From Haliotis rufescens (Eukaryota): a DNA stretch of 64,000 nt. The DNA lies in contig NW_025963890.1 in assembly GCF_023055435.1 (NCBI RefSeq), positions 22,754,001-22,818,000 on the forward strand. The letters are read 5' to 3'. Positions 27,901-43,128 of this stretch are shown one piece after another. Numbering within the stretch: position 1 is the stretch's first letter; each line of letters starts with the position of its first letter. Under the pieces are notes generated by a model that was not told where the DNA came from, made no database searches, and saw only the letters and a program-made list of their open reading frames with translations. The position numbers and the translations under genes are program-made.

Positions 27901-30615
27901 ACATTTTGGGATGAATATCAAATAGCAGTTCATGATGACATATTTGGAAATAGACAATGTCACATGGCTCTAAATACACTTACTCTAAACTACACTAGTC
28001 ATAGGCATAAGATCGCGGTGCATCGTCCACCTTTAACCAAATGTGATAATGACTGAGGGGACTTCCGGTCTCAAAAGACGTTAACAGACCATTGAGTACA
28101 TATTGCTAAGATCAATATCAAGCCAGCAGAAGTTAAAAGGGTGTACTGACCACAATTACTTATTGTCTCCCACCCAATTTGAACCACAAACGATCTCATA
28201 AGAATCGGATCAGATAGGATGCCTTTCTCCCAGAAGGCCTGAGACACATCCATAGGAAGTCGTCATATAAACTTTCTAATCATCCAATCAGCATCGAGGG
28301 TTTCTCGGTACAAGTGAGCATTCAGACAACCATATCTGATTTCTGTATGTCGAAAAGGTATATAATCAGGGAGTTCCGAAGGCAAAAAACAAAAACAAAG
28401 CCGGGCTGTTAGATTGTTTGGGATATTTTATCTATCCTGTCGTTTCTGAGCGCTATGCCATCTATACCGCAAAGGGAGTTCTATCGAGGGTATATATATA
28501 TGTGTGTGTTCTTTGGGGGATTGAAACAGAAACGTTTTAATAAGCTGACATCTGACTATCTCAAGAACGATGCATTCTTCATTTAGATTGGGCGGACATG
28601 GTTCGACCTGGGTTCACCTACCGCAGCCTGTTATTGAGGTGTTGTCAGATCTCCACACACAGATGTATGGGGGTAAAAGCTTTAATGAGATTGAGCCACA
28701 GACATCTAATATAAAACAGTAAACAAACCCTGTGTCAGTCCAGCAGCAGTGGTGCGCGAAAACTGTAAACCTAGAGAATGTCTTGGCTGTTGTACCACCA
28801 ACTCGGATCAGTACGCGCAAAATGATTGAAGATTGGTCAGTTTTAGATACAATCATACATCCCACAGTGATTCGAATATGCTTCTAAATACCAATTTTCA
28901 AACAAAGGAGATGCAGACTTTGAACCGTACTCCAACCGGGTGCCCCATGCATATGCATTTCGACATCTGAACCGTTTGCGATGTATGGCTCGGCAGGTGT
29001 CCAAACTACAAGTGGGATGTTCCTGGCCGATTCTTCTTGATGTAGGTGAGGAAACGTTTACTACTGCTGCGCGTGTTACTCTCAAATGCAAAAACCTAGA
29101 TATCTAATACGAAGATCATGTTCAAAGCATGACGTCCATTCACCTTCACCTTCAGTGATACGCATGCGCTGTCCATGTACAGACGTACTGTCACCCGACA
29201 GTCCCGACCAACTGTTGATCTTAAACACGGGCATACATGTGAACTGAATCCCATACATTGAATTTAATTAACCTTTTACTCGTACAAGTGATGCTTTTTA
29301 TTCATAATCCGTCCTTGCTTCATCTACAGCTCTTCTGTAAGCGCCATATATACATGGATACCTAGTGTAAAGAAATGTTAACGTCAGACATATTATACGT
29401 GTGGATGATCACTGTTAAATGTTAAAATCTAGCCTCGGGATACAGATGCATCGAACGACCGAAAACCCCAGTTCTTGAACAACCCGATGGAACACACATT
29501 CGGGATTTTTTAAAGCGAAAAAAACTGAATAAATACCGTGTGAACTTTTCGATCGGTAGCCATTCCTCTGTGTTCCACGCCTTCTCCCAAGATCTGAGGG
29601 GTCACATAATGACTAGGCACTGCTATTTCGCATTTGTAGATCATTTTCTTTCTCAATTGTTCTGACATTTGATACGATACTACCAATTTCTAATCTGACC
29701 TTCCAAACAGCTCTTTTAATGACGTTCGAATACTCTTTAATCTCACCCATTAGCATTATGAAATTCTCTTTGACTACTTTCCCTCCACATTTGGTTTCCT
29801 AAAAAAGGAATCGCTTCCATTATGCCAATCTAAACATATATATCATGCGCTTAACATGCTGCAAAACAGATGCTCTCATACATATGAAAAAAGTTTTCGT
29901 AATCACATTGAGGTGTTGAAGCCGTCAGTAAATACAACCATTGGATGGTAGGCTTGATGGTTGAGACCAACTGTTATTACAGCTGGATAGGTAGAAATAG
30001 CAATGTTAAGTGATGCCATCCTTTGGTGGAACTTCGGGTTCTTTACTTGCATGCTACAGATACATAGCATGCCCTTGATACTGTGTAACGGATCAGTTTG
30101 ATAGGATTACACTCTTCTGTGCCAGTGCTCCTAGAGACCTTTTGACAATCACATCGGAAGGCGTCGTGAAGTTCGTTGATCTGTACATGTAACGAGAGCG
30201 AAGTGAATAGGTCGCAAGTCTGACCTCAGCCATTAGCTGGAAAGAACAATGAGCACCATTGGTAACCTTGACCTATAAAGCAGTGTCATACTCCAGACTA
30301 TCTAGAAGAAAATGATCTTTTTTTTTAAGTCGTGGCCTTGGCATCTGTGTTTCTGGGACATTGGGTGTCTTCGGAAAGGTTTATTGCCATGTGTTAATGA
30401 GACTGAACGATGCGAGTATAGTGTATTTGTATAGTACATAGTTCAACAGAAGCAGAGTTGCATTGTCGACTCGAGTCCTACTTCTTGGTATGTCAGCAGC
30501 ATGTCCGTGCTCATCATGAATACCTAACGTCTCCGACACTGGTTTTCTGGTAACATAATGCTGATGTGCCGTGTTATGTAAAAGGAAGAGTTTTGTGTTT
30601 CTGAACATCGCAGCT

Positions 30616-33398
30616 GGGCATTGCACAGGAATGGAATATATGGATATCACACTGAAACAGAATGGATGGATATCACACTGGAACAGAATGTATGATATCA
30701 CACTGAAACAGAATAGATGGATATCACTCTGGACCAGAATGTATGATATCACACTGAAACAGAATAGATGGATATGACACTAGAACAGAATAGATGGATA
30801 TCACACAGGAACAGAATAGAGATGGATATCACACTTGAACAGAATAGATGGATATCACACTTGAACAGAATAGATGGATATCACACTGGAACATAATGTA
30901 TGATATCACACTGGAACAGAATAGATGGATATCACACTGGAACAGAATAGAGATGGATATCACACTGAAACAGAATAGATGGATATGACACTAGAACAGA
31001 ATAGATGGATATCACACTGGAACAGAATAGAGATGGATATCACACTTGAACAGAATAGATGGATATCACACTTGAACAGAATAGATGGATATCACACTGG
31101 AACATAATGTATGATATCACACTGGAACAGAATAGATGGATATCACACTTGAACAGAATAGATGGATATCACACTGGTACATAATGTATGAATATCACAC
31201 TGGAACAGTGAACAGAATATCACACTGGAACAGAATAGATGGATATCACACTGAAACAGAATAAATAGATATCACACTGGTACATAATGTAAGATGTCAC
31301 ACTGGAACAGAATAGATAGATATCACACTAGATGAAATAAATGGATATCACACTGGAACAGAATAGATGGATATCACACTTGAACAGAATAGATGGATAT
31401 CACACTGTAAAATAATGTATGAATATCACACTGGAACAGTGAACAGAATATCACACTTGAACAGAATAGATGGATATCACACTGGAACAGAATAAATAGA
31501 TATCACACTGGAACATAATGTATGATATCACACTGGAACAGAATAGATGGATATCACACTGGAACAGAATAGATGGATATCACACTGGAACAGAATAGAT
31601 GGATATCACACTGTAAAATAATGTATGAATATCACACTGGAACAGTGAACAGAATATCACACTGGAACAGAATAGATGGATATCACACTGGAACAGAATA
31701 AATAGATATCACACTGGTACATAATGTAAGATGTCACACTGAAACGGAATAGATAGATATCACACTAGATGAAATAAATGGATATCACACCGGAACAGAA
31801 TAGATGGATAACGCACTGTAACAGAATAGATGAATATCTCACTGGAACATCATGTATGAATATCACACTGGAACAGAATAGATGGATATCATACGTGAAC
31901 ATAATGTATGTATATCACACTGTAACATAATGTATGAATATCACAATGGAACAGTGAACAGAATATCACACTGGAACAGAATAGATGGATATCACACTGG
32001 AACAGAATAAATAGATATCACACTGGAACATAATGTAAGATGTCACACTGGAACAGAATAGATAGATATCACACTAGATGAAATAGATGGATATCACACT
32101 TGAACAGAATAGATGGATAACGCACTGTAACAGAATAGATGAATATCTCACTGGAACATCATGTATGAATATCACACTGGAACAGAATAGATGGATATCA
32201 TACGTGAACATAATGTATGTATATCACACTGTAACATAATGTATGAATATCACAATGGAACAGTGAACAGAATATCACACTGGAACAGAATAGATGGATA
32301 TCACACTGGAACAGAATAAATAGATATCACACTGGAACATAATGTAAGATGTCACACTGGAACAGAATAGATAGATATCACACTAGATGAAATAGATGGA
32401 TATCACACTGGAACAGAATAAATAGATATCACACTGGAACATAATGTAAGATGTCACACTGGAACAGAATAGATGGATATCACACTGGAACAGAATAGAT
32501 AGATATCACACTAGATGAAATAGATGGATATCACACTGGAACAGAATAGATGGATATTACACAAGAACATAATGTATGAACGTCGCACTGGAACAGAATG
32601 TATGATGTCACACTGGAACAGAGTAGATGGATATCACACTGGAACAGAATAGATGGATATTACACTGGAACATAATGTATGATGTCACACTGGAACAGAA
32701 TAGATGGATATTACACTAGAACATAATGTATGAATGTCGCACTGGAACAGAATGTATGTTGTCACACTGGAACAGAATAGATGGATATCACACTGAACCA
32801 GGATAAATGGATATCACACTGGAACAGATTAGATGGATATTACACTGGAACAGAATAGATGAATATCACACTGGTACATAATGTATGATGTCACACTGGA
32901 ACAGAAAAGATGGATATCACACTGGAACAGAATAGATGGATATCACACTGGAAAAGAATAGATGGATATCACACTGGTACATAATGTATGATGTCACACT
33001 GGAACAGAATAGATGGATATCACACTGGAACAGAATAGATGGATATCACACTGGAAAAGAATAGATGGATATCACACTGGTACATAATGTATGATGTCAC
33101 ACTGGAACAGAATAGATGGATATCACACTGGAACAGAATAGATGGATATCACACTGGAAAAGAATAGATGGATATCACACTGGAACAGAATAGATGGATA
33201 TCACTATGGAACAGAATGTATGATGTCACACTTGAACAGAATAGATGGATATCACACTGGAACAGAATAGATGGATATCACACTGGAACAGTGAACAGAA
33301 TATCACACTGGAACAGTCTAATTGGATATTACACTAGAACACAATGGATGGATATCACACTGGAACAAAATAGATGGATGTCATACTGGAACAGAATA
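30616..33398. repeat. ~26-bp satellite array with higher-order structure
   Basis: Unit tcacactggaacagaatagatggata plus 25-28-bp variants; the diagnostic variant atacgtgaac recurs at 31891 and 32200 (309-bp period). Confidence 0.97.
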
Positions 33399-35159
33399 TG
33401 TTTGTGTTTTTGCGAATATAGAGAGTTTTAGAGAAATCTCACCGTCAACAGACCATCAGAACAGAATAATAATAACCGAAAACATTCCTTTTGCGAGGCG
33501 ACGAAAGACTACTGCTTTGCTGGTTTATGTATTATGATTAAATCTGTATATTTACGATCCATAATTGATGATTGTAATTTATACACCAACACATTTATAG
33601 ATACTGAGAGGTATTCATGCTGAGAAAACGGATCTTATCACCGAGCAATTACACTGAAGAGTACATGGGTTCATTGGGAACACACGAGGAAGCCTCCACC
33701 ACGTGTGTCTAGCGGTAATGAATGCGTCCACCACCCATCTGTGACCAGCCCTACAGAAGGGAGACCAGATGACGTTGATTCTGCTGTGATATATTGAAGC
33801 TACCGCATTGAAAAGACCTCAAGGATATCATGACTGTTCAAGCCATCTGGTGACAGATTTATATTGCACAATTTATGGGCTTCCATCCTCGACCCTCAAC
33901 TTTAGTACAGCATGACAAAGATTGTAAGTCTTGCTGGGGGCATATCAGAAAGCTTAGTAAAGGATACGATCTCGATTGTAGGCTAATCCGTTGATTAATG
34001 CACAGCGAAAACATTAAGTTCGCGACATTCTGTTGCATTATCTCTTGTAAGCGACAGGTTGCGACTCAGGGACGATAAAGATGTCAGGGACCCGGGAATA
34101 ACGGTTTTGCGGCAACACTCATTTGATTCTAAGCTGGGTATTTCGATAACCCTGCAAGAGAGAAGAGGGATGGGTCGGGATAAGCTCCGGATTACACGAT
34201 TTACTCAGCACTCATCGACATGGGCAGCGACAGGCTGTCCGGAGCCAACAATGGCCGTAAGGCGATCAGTCTTTCTCGCCATGATCCGCGTTGCAACATC
34301 TTGCCGTCTGTTTGGCATCTGTTTCCCGTTGGATAAGTGTCTCTTCGAGTAATTTCAGTGAAATGGTCATGATTTTAGGTATGCAACCTCTCTGACGATA
34401 ATTCCTTATATCCAGCGTTTGCGTCGTCTGAAGTCTGGCGGTAGGACGGAAGAGACATTCGTTACAGGATATCGGTACTGCTCAGGTGTACTTCATATCT
34501 CTGCGGGGATTGGCAGGGAGCCATTAGAATAAATACTATAGTTACGCTGGCTTTGCTATTATGGTCAATTGTTCCTAATACAAAGAGACAGAATGCGTTA
34601 GCAAACAATTAATACACGCTAGACAAACAGGCAATGTTAATCAATCACACCAGGTTTTCTCCCTCCGTAGTTTCTCAGGGTGTGGGCGCTATGCACAACG
34701 TCGTTCGCATGCACTTAGCTGGAATTTGAATGACTGCTGAAACTGGCACTGCTGCTGGAATGCGCTGCGACTGCCTACAGAACTTAATTGCAATAACACA
34801 TTATTTTGTCCCATCGCTGCTGATTTACGAATGTAGGTATGTTAATTTGATGTTTAACACCACACTCATCTTTATTCCAGCTATGCCTGTATATAATTGC
34901 GTCTTTGGAATACAAACCAGTGACTGACATCATGAGCAACGACTCACGCCGCCAGGTTACGACAACAGGCAATTTGCTAAGACGCTGAGCCTGACAAAAC
35001 GAGCAATTTAGTCGCCTTGTACTACTATGAACTAGTCTAACCCAAATCACTAATGGGTCATCATCTAGGCGACAGCTCCCAAAATAACTGTCCAAAAAAT
35101 GTTCATGTTATATATTGACTGAATCTGTCCATAAATATTTTGCACTCTGATGATGTCCC

Positions 35160-35290
35160 ATACAGGTGCCGCAATTAGCCGTACAGACTTGCGCCCCTTG
35201 CCCTGTCAGAATATGATCGTGGGATCGAATCCCAGATTCGCCCTGATAATGTTTCTTGGTACGTCACCTTGGTTGTCACCAGAGTGACAA
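35160..35290 (+). mobile_element. Family-C SINE head fragment followed by (C)n(CA)n
   Basis: gggatcgaatcccagattcgccctgat is shared with the copy at 60372. Confidence 0.55.
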
Positions 35291-35294
35291 CCTC

Positions 35295-35325
<31 letters not shown>

Positions 35326-37529
35326 ACACACACACAACACAGCATCAGTGTATGGCCTATATGTCCATAGGCAAAAGCAAGTGTGATCGTGTAAATGCAT
35401 AGATAACCGATAATGTCAATTAAATAACTATGTTGACAATATGGCTGTACAGATTGCTGTCTTCTAATTGTGCACACACGATCGATTGTTAAAACAGACC
35501 AGGGCACCTCGATGCCGCATTAATTGCTATTTGTGTCACATCGTGAAGGTCACATTTCAAGCGTTCTGCCAGGTAGAACCTGCTGTGCATTTTAAGAAGA
35601 GAATGAGAATAACTTCATTTCACTATACCCTAAACATGAACATTTGAATTTTAAAATTGGGGTTTGATTCATTTTTAAATTACAGGGTTGCAATGTGGTT
35701 TTCTTAAAAAAATATACTCATGCTCAGAGTGCTCAGCAGTAGCTGAAAAAAATATCTAATCTCCACACAAAATCCGCCCCTCGAATATAAAACATACATT
35801 TTGGCGGCGGGGTCGGGTTGGTGTGTGTTTGCTATGCCTTTGTCTCCCCCAAATTACAATCCAACCTGCCTCCCCTCACTGGTGTCAAGGTGACCGTAAA
35901 CTCTCGGTTGGAGGTCAGGGCTGGCCGCTACACAACGTCAATGACTAGTGACACCTGGCGAGAAACACCGCAATAAACCACATGGCGGAGGCGACATATT
36001 GCTGGTCACCAAGACAATTACACTTACGTCATAGTCCTCTCACCCTGAATGAAAGAAGCTAACAATAGGGAGAGAGCGACGGTGGCGTGGGAAACAGACA
36101 ACACCGTCTGTCATCTGTCATGACGTTGTAATGACATTACTGTCATACTGTGTCATCACTGTCGCTCTACCATTGCATTACAGGGACGTTAAGGCCTCAA
36201 TAATAATATTTATTTATTTTTTTAAGGATAAGCATGCCCTAATTTGTTTCAAATAAAGTAATTAAAATAGTGTGTCTAATTTGATTGGCCATTTTCTTGT
36301 TTGTGTTTTCGTTTTCTTTGGTTAGAGATTTTTTTTACATTAACTGAAAAAATAACCCTGATAATATGTTATTTTTTGTCATTTTGCCTTCAGCATACTG
36401 GCTTTTTGACAATATAATCAGGAAAACAAGAAAAAAATGCCTGAAGAATAATGGACTTGATTGACTAGTGATGTGATGGATACAAGTTGAAATTTAGGGA
36501 GGAATTTTTACCATAGGCATATGTAGCAGGAAATTAATATTTTTTTAAAATATCGCCTTTAGCAATTCTAGTAATAAAATCAGGACTTTTTTCGGTGCTT
36601 TTTTTCAATTTGCATTTGCCTGTGTAAATTTGACACATTACCATAAAGCAGGATTATGAAACTTTAAAATATATATATTTGGTAATTCCATGAATTTATA
36701 TTCGTTTTCTTACACATTACGAACAATATAAATGTAATGAACAGGTCATCTATCATGAACTGTGTTGTACTGTACTGTACAACTGTAAAGGTCAAAGATA
36801 AATGTCTATAGGTAGGCCATTATAGAATAATAGAAAAAGTTCGTTATTTTATTCCCGAGGCAGACAACCCTCGTCAGTAGAGGCCTTCCTCCAGCTGGTA
36901 CCTGTAGCTGGTAGCAGATTATTTTTTTGTCACCTGGTTCATCATTTGAAAAAATTTAGGCTACTTGTTTCAGTGATGGTAAGGCTTTCAAATTATTTTT
37001 TTAGGAAAGAGAATTGAAAAGGGAGTGCCTTACGTCTGAATATTTACTACAAGACATCAAATAGTGTTCTTCATGGTGTCCCAGTATATTATTGTGACGT
37101 GTACTTCGTTGTCTCCCGAATTGATTGCACATTAATGATAAAGACATGTACGTGCGCTAAAACGTTCATATTTTCATATGTTTCTGTATTGTATGTACAG
37201 TGAAGATGACTACTTCAGTTTCGGATTAGTAATATAATTTTAATTACGTTATTACCGTCATTGTTATACCTTCAAATTATTACAAATAAAGTTTTATAAT
37301 TATTTCATATTAAACATAGAGAGAGGTAGGGAGTTTATGGGACAATGGTATTGTTAATACAAATACAATATGTTTGGTCCCTATTCGTAGACGTAAGTTT
37401 TCAATTGTGTTTTCAATGCATTTTAGAATAGTGTGTTATTAAGAATTAATAACCAGCTGTTCATCACCCATGCATTGGCCTGAGGCCCCGGCAGTAGGGA
37501 TAAACTCAAACTTGTTCCTTGTTCCTCAT

Positions 37530-37775
37530 AGGTCTTCAGCAACCCATGCATGTCGTAATGGGTGACTATGCTTGTCGTACGAGGCGTCTAACGGGATCGG
37601 GTGGTCAGGCTCTCGGGTGGTCAGGTTGATGCATGTCATCGATCCCAACTGCGTGGATCGATGCTCATAATATCAATCACTGGATTGTCTGGTCCAGACT
37701 CGATTATTTACAGACCGCCGTCATATAGCTGGAATATTGCTGAGTGCGGCGTTAAACAACAAACCAACCAACCTC
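37530..37775 (+). mobile_element. SINE family B copy
   Basis: Matches the consensus gcaacccatgcttgtcgtaagaggcgactaacgggatcgggtggtcaggctc...tggtccagactcgattatttacagaccg...ggaatattgctgagtgcggcgttaaacaacaa found about 10 times in the window. Confidence 0.85.
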
Positions 37776-38332
37776 ATAGCACCTAGTGACGTGACTGAAA
37801 TAGTGTTCCGAGTACCGTCAAACACATCTCAATCACACTGTTTACACGGTCACAGCATGTTACCTGGGTCTCCTTGAATTTGTCATAACAATCCGACCAA
37901 AGTTGATTATTAACATCATGTTATCGACGTTGTAAATTGCATATTGCATAACATCATGAATATTCATGAGCTCCTGTACACACATATGCTACACGGCACG
38001 GTAAGTATTCTCACGTGTGATTAAATAAAAACAAGCCCATAGTGAGAATGGAAACCGGATTTTCTATGCGTGTCTAGATACGGTTTTAACCAGAAGACTA
38101 CCCCAACTCACTTGTCATTTGGATTTTATTTTACGTCATTACAATTTACGTCAACAATGATGTGTGAATAACGTCAACAAGGGTGACAGAATGACCTTCT
38201 TATTCTCATTATGATACACTAACGTATTAATAATTTTTCATATACATTTATCATCGTCACTGGCGAGAATCGTACAGAGCCAACGTGACGTAAACAAAGA
38301 GTAACGGTGACGTCTTTGCTATTTTTGACGGT

Positions 38333-38550
38333 CCCGTGAAGATTTCGGGTTAGAATTGGTCCTCAGCAACCCATGCTTGTCGTAAGAGGCGACTAACGGG
38401 ATCGGGTGGTCAGGCTCGCTGACTTGATGCATGGTATCGTATCCCAAATGCGTAGATCGTTGCTTATGATGTCATTCACTGGATTGTATGGTCCAGATTC
38501 GATTATGTAGCTGGAATATTGCTGAGTGCGGCGTTAAACAACAAACGAAC
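38333..38550 (+). mobile_element. SINE family B copy
   Basis: Same consensus, starts cccgtgaagat. Confidence 0.85.
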
Positions 38551-38792
38551 TATTTTGACGTAATTTACACGTCAACAATACGATGTACATCAACATGATA
38601 TTTGGTCAGTGAAGCACCGCTCAACGTTATCCAGACACTCCACGAGATGAACAAGAAAAGCTTAACATTCTCTAAATACAATGAAGGAATACATTGTGGC
38701 GGATAAACAGTGTATACCAGTACGATGTCACTTCGAAATATAGGGCAGCGTTTGTCACACCCAGATTATACCGTCGTCAAGCCCGACGTAAT

Positions 38793-39008
38793 CGTGAAAA
38801 TCCAGGATAGAATGATCTTCAGCAAGCTATGCTTGTCGTAAGAGGCGACTGACGGGAACGGGTGATCAGGCTCTATGAGTTGGTTGATGCATGCCAACTG
38901 CGTCGATCGATGCTCATGATGTCAGTCACTGGATAGTGTGCACCTCCGTCATGTAGCTGGAATAATGGTAAGTGTGGAATTAAAGAACTAGCAAACAAAC
39001 AAACAAAC
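38793..39008 (+). mobile_element. SINE family B copy (diverged)
   Basis: Same consensus, (caaa)n tail. Confidence 0.8.
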
Positions 39009-40329
39009 GTATAAGTTCAAACTAATATATCGAAAACGTGGTGCAAAGAAAGGACAGCCTCTTCTTTAAGAGCAACTAATTTTTGTGACTTAGTGTCGGG
39101 TGTTTTCATTGTATGTGTACACGACGTTGTGTTATGCTTCTTGGCAAATAACATCCGGGATACGTCGTGCAGCACACATAATTACAAAAAAATAAACTGG
39201 TTTCTTATTCATGCGTTGGAAGTACGCCGGAAAGAGATTGTTCATCACTCAGTCCAAGCCAAGATCGCATGTCTCAACACTTGATCAACCTTCGTACCAT
39301 GCCAAGAGGAAAATATCGTCATCCAATCTCACTGCCTCTCGCAACACGTATCTCGTTTCCACTCAACCGGCAGAACATTGCTCGTCTTTATTACCTGTGA
39401 AATTTGGAAGTATCGCCCAAACGCAACAATGCGGCAACGCTGGCAAAAATCGTGCTGCACGTGAGATACACGCCATACAAACACAAGCATCCCTTTGAAC
39501 TCGGCCGTTATCTGTCGCTATGACGTCACTGACAGCTGTTTAAAGGTATACTAAAGGCCTGAGGTGTAAACGCAAGACGATGACGAGAAGTGACAAGCTC
39601 ATACCCCAATTACACCCAGTCGACGGTACATGGCGATAGATACAATCAAATCTGGACGAAACATCACATCAATCAACGCTCGAGGAAACCAACGATCATG
39701 GTTGGAAAGAGTCGTTACACCGGCCTGCTCTTTCCAGCGTTATATTGTATCGTTTCAGACCAAAATAGCACCACATGCCAAAATTCACCCATAAAATATG
39801 ACAAAAACGGCATAGCAGACCCATGTTTGCTCAAACTGCTGGCTTAAGGAAACAAATTCCACATGGAATTATTTTAAGATCAAAGTCCTGGATTGCTCCG
39901 GTTTTCGAGAGCTTCCCTCATACACGTGTCGGAGTGTACTGCGCGTGCATCGCATATTATGATATGTCGTATCAATTTTTTTTCGTTTGGCGTTAGTGAA
40001 ACATTTATTTATTTACGCGGTTGTCAAGAACTCCTGTTACCACCAACATATGTATTGTGGAGCAAGCTATTAGATTCCGTCCCGATGTTATATGTCGAAT
40101 GATTCTATGTATTTTTTTCACGCACGGTAGCACCCAGGTACATAGTAGCTGATATAAACGAATATGACTCATCATTATAAAATATTAATTTATTTCAACA
40201 GATGTTTCTGTATTGAGTACATACTGACATTAATACTTGCTTTAATTATTTGTGTATACGTAAATGAAAAAAGGATGCATATTTCATGATATATGTTCAT
40301 GGCATTTAACAGATAAATTCATTAAAGAA

Positions 40330-40366
<37 letters not shown>

Positions 40367-40479
40367 CCCCCGCTATATTCCTGGAAGCTAGTGGGCAACA
40401 TGTGTTAACTGTATGAGTGGTTCAAGTGGAGGAATCGGTTGCCCATGTCTATATTGTGGAACCTCGTATCTCCGAGAAA

Positions 40480-40718
40480 CGTGACGATCTGGGGGAGAAT
40501 AGGTCTTCAGCAACACATGCTTGGGGCGACTCTGCTTGTCGTAAGAGGCGACTAACGGGATCGGGTTGTCAGGCTCGGTGACTTGGATGATGCATGTCAT
40601 CGTATCCCAAATGTGTAGATCGAGGCTCATGTTGTCAATCACTGGATTATCTGGTCCAGATTCGATTATTTACAGACCGCTGACATATAGCTGGAATATT
40701 GCTGAGTGCAGCGTTAAA
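40480..40718 (+). mobile_element. SINE family B copy
   Basis: Same consensus. Confidence 0.85.
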
Positions 40719-41025
40719 TATTTATTTTTTTAAATAAAAAATCATATATCCGATCCCGATTTCCAGGACGCATTGATGGTTACATTGGGTTTGAACATAT
40801 TATTGTTACATATTATGATCGTTGTAGTTATCAACTCTCATGTCCATTAGATAACAATGACAACTTGGAGATTGAATCAATACACATGTGTAGGCGTGCC
40901 GTCTCAGCCGGAACACGCCCCTTCAGGGGACATAGACTCTTCGCGCGCACGGCATACAATCAAGACGACATACCGTTCAGTCAACAAATATCCGAAATCA
41001 TGAATCTTGAATACAAAGTAATTTT

Positions 41026-41225
41026 GACGTAAGAGGCGACGAACGGGATCGGTAGGACCGGCTCGCTGACTTGATTGATGCATGTCATCGTATCCCAATT
41101 GCGTGGATCGATGCTCATGATGTCAATCACTGGATCGTCTGGTCCAGACTCGATTATTTACAGACCGCGGTCATATAGCTGGAATATTGCTGAGTGCGGC
41201 GTTAAACAACAAACACACAAACAAA
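41026..41225 (+). mobile_element. SINE family B copy (5' truncated)
   Basis: Same consensus from cgtaagaggcgac onward. Confidence 0.85.
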
Positions 41226-42925
41226 AACCTTTAAACATAATATGTTCTTATTCATACCTAACAGTAGTTGTGGGTTTTCCAGAACAAAGGGGTTTCGATG
41301 TATGCCTTTTTGCATTAAACCGTTTCTCACAGCCACGAGTCTGATGGCGAGTGAGAAGATATGTGTTATAATCAAACATCATCATCTGCCATATAATCAT
41401 CAACAACCGCAACTGGACATCCATGAAGATACTGTCGGCACAAACTGCCGCTGTTGCTGGTGCCTGGTTGCTGCGTAATAGCTGTCGCGTGTCTCTACAA
41501 TCCTCATTTTAATACCAACATTATATTCTAAACGGATATTGTACAAGTTGAGAACATGTCCAGAACTGATATGTGTAATAACTTTTACCCAAATATCACC
41601 AATTCACATTTGATGAGGCTCGACAAGTAAGCCACCATCAGGGTGATACGAATGATGGAGTTTTTACACTATTATTACTCAAAAGGTTGTAAATAACCGA
41701 GTTCATTAAAATCGTATGTGCACTAGTGCAAATATCACTTGACGCGCACTAGTGTATTGTTTTTGTCATTTCTGGCATTTTTCTAAAGGGGACCTGAAAG
41801 GGATTAAGAAATTAAAATAAGGTAATACAGAAATTATACTCCCACATTTGTATACTGATTTTACAAATCAAAGAATTCTGACACGCGTTTCGTAAAATTA
41901 GTGTGACACTCATGCCTGCACAATAACCTGTATATTCCTCGTCGTTACAACCACAGATAACGCCTTAGACTCGACACACCTGTGGTCGATAGCATGACAT
42001 CGAGTCACGACGTCAGGGAACATTGCCACAGTCGGTCACATACTTAATCACCCGATCCCCTTTTCAGTTGGTTCAGTGACTCCGTGGGGAGGTAATACTC
42101 ATGATGTGGAATTACTACACACAAAACTCTGATCTGAAAAATATGTAAAATGGTTACTCAAGCTGTGTAATTTTTTCATGGAAAGAACGTAATTTTTACT
42201 TTAAATATTTGATTCAATAACTTTAATTTGTGAAATATAGCTCGGAGGTATTGCTTCAGTTTAATTGCTGGCGTAGTTATGATGTGCCAGCATTTGGCTC
42301 CTACAACTCCACATCAGCCGCCGACAGAACATACCAACAATATTCGACAGATTCCGCGGAAATCCGACGTGACATAGCGACAGATTCCATTACAAAAAAG
42401 CACCCGTTCTTGCGTAGGAAGCATTATTTTCTTTGTCTATGAGGTATACAAATTAATTATTTTATGAGAAAAAGTGAACATCCACGCACGCCAATCTTTA
42501 CAAAGGCCCAGCATTCATAAACACACATCTCCGCGGTACCCCACATTCCTCTGGCACATATCAGGGAACAACGCATTATCCGACATGTATCGGCACAGGA
42601 GTAGCATCACACCACAGCCGCGAGAAAATATCGGCATTGTGAGTATATAAGGTATCTTATTCGAGACAGACACCAGGGCGATAGAGTAAACACATTTATA
42701 GCGGACCTTAGCTTTTACTTGTTTTTGTGGCAATATTTCGCGAAGAGATACCTGCAGTAACACATAACGGTGGCGGAGGGGGGTCTACATTAGATTATTA
42801 AACGACCCACAGGACAATCTTGTCTATTTCCTTATCTTGTTCTTCCTGTTTTACTGTGGATCTCGTGCAGAATAACCCAGTATACAGACGAACATTATGA
42901 CATTATTGTTGTGTAATGACATACA

Positions 42926-43128
42926 ATTGTTTGTTTGTTGTTTAACGCCTCAGTCAGCAATATTCCATGTATAATACGGCGTTCTGTAAAGAACGGAGTC
43001 TGGGCCAGACAATGCAGTTATTGACATAATGCGCATTGATCAACACAAATGGGATACGATGACATGCATCAACCAAGTCAGCGAGTCTGACCACCCAATC
43101 CCGTTATTCGTCTCTTACGAGAAGCCTG
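42926..43128 (-). mobile_element. SINE family B copy
   Basis: Reverse complement of consensus with (ttgt)n tail; its 5' end abuts the MULE-like terminus. Confidence 0.8.

Noticed and set aside
28600-30400. Possible LINE/DIRS fragments (RLEYGS, RSDNTS, DLRPI)
   Set aside because: Isolated short motifs in inconsistent context; too weak to call.
30616-33398. CRISPR-like appearance of the tandem arrays (also 43.8-46.1, 48.7-50.6 and 63.0-63.5 kb)
   Set aside because: Head-to-tail monomers with no unique spacers, no cas genes, eukaryotic context.
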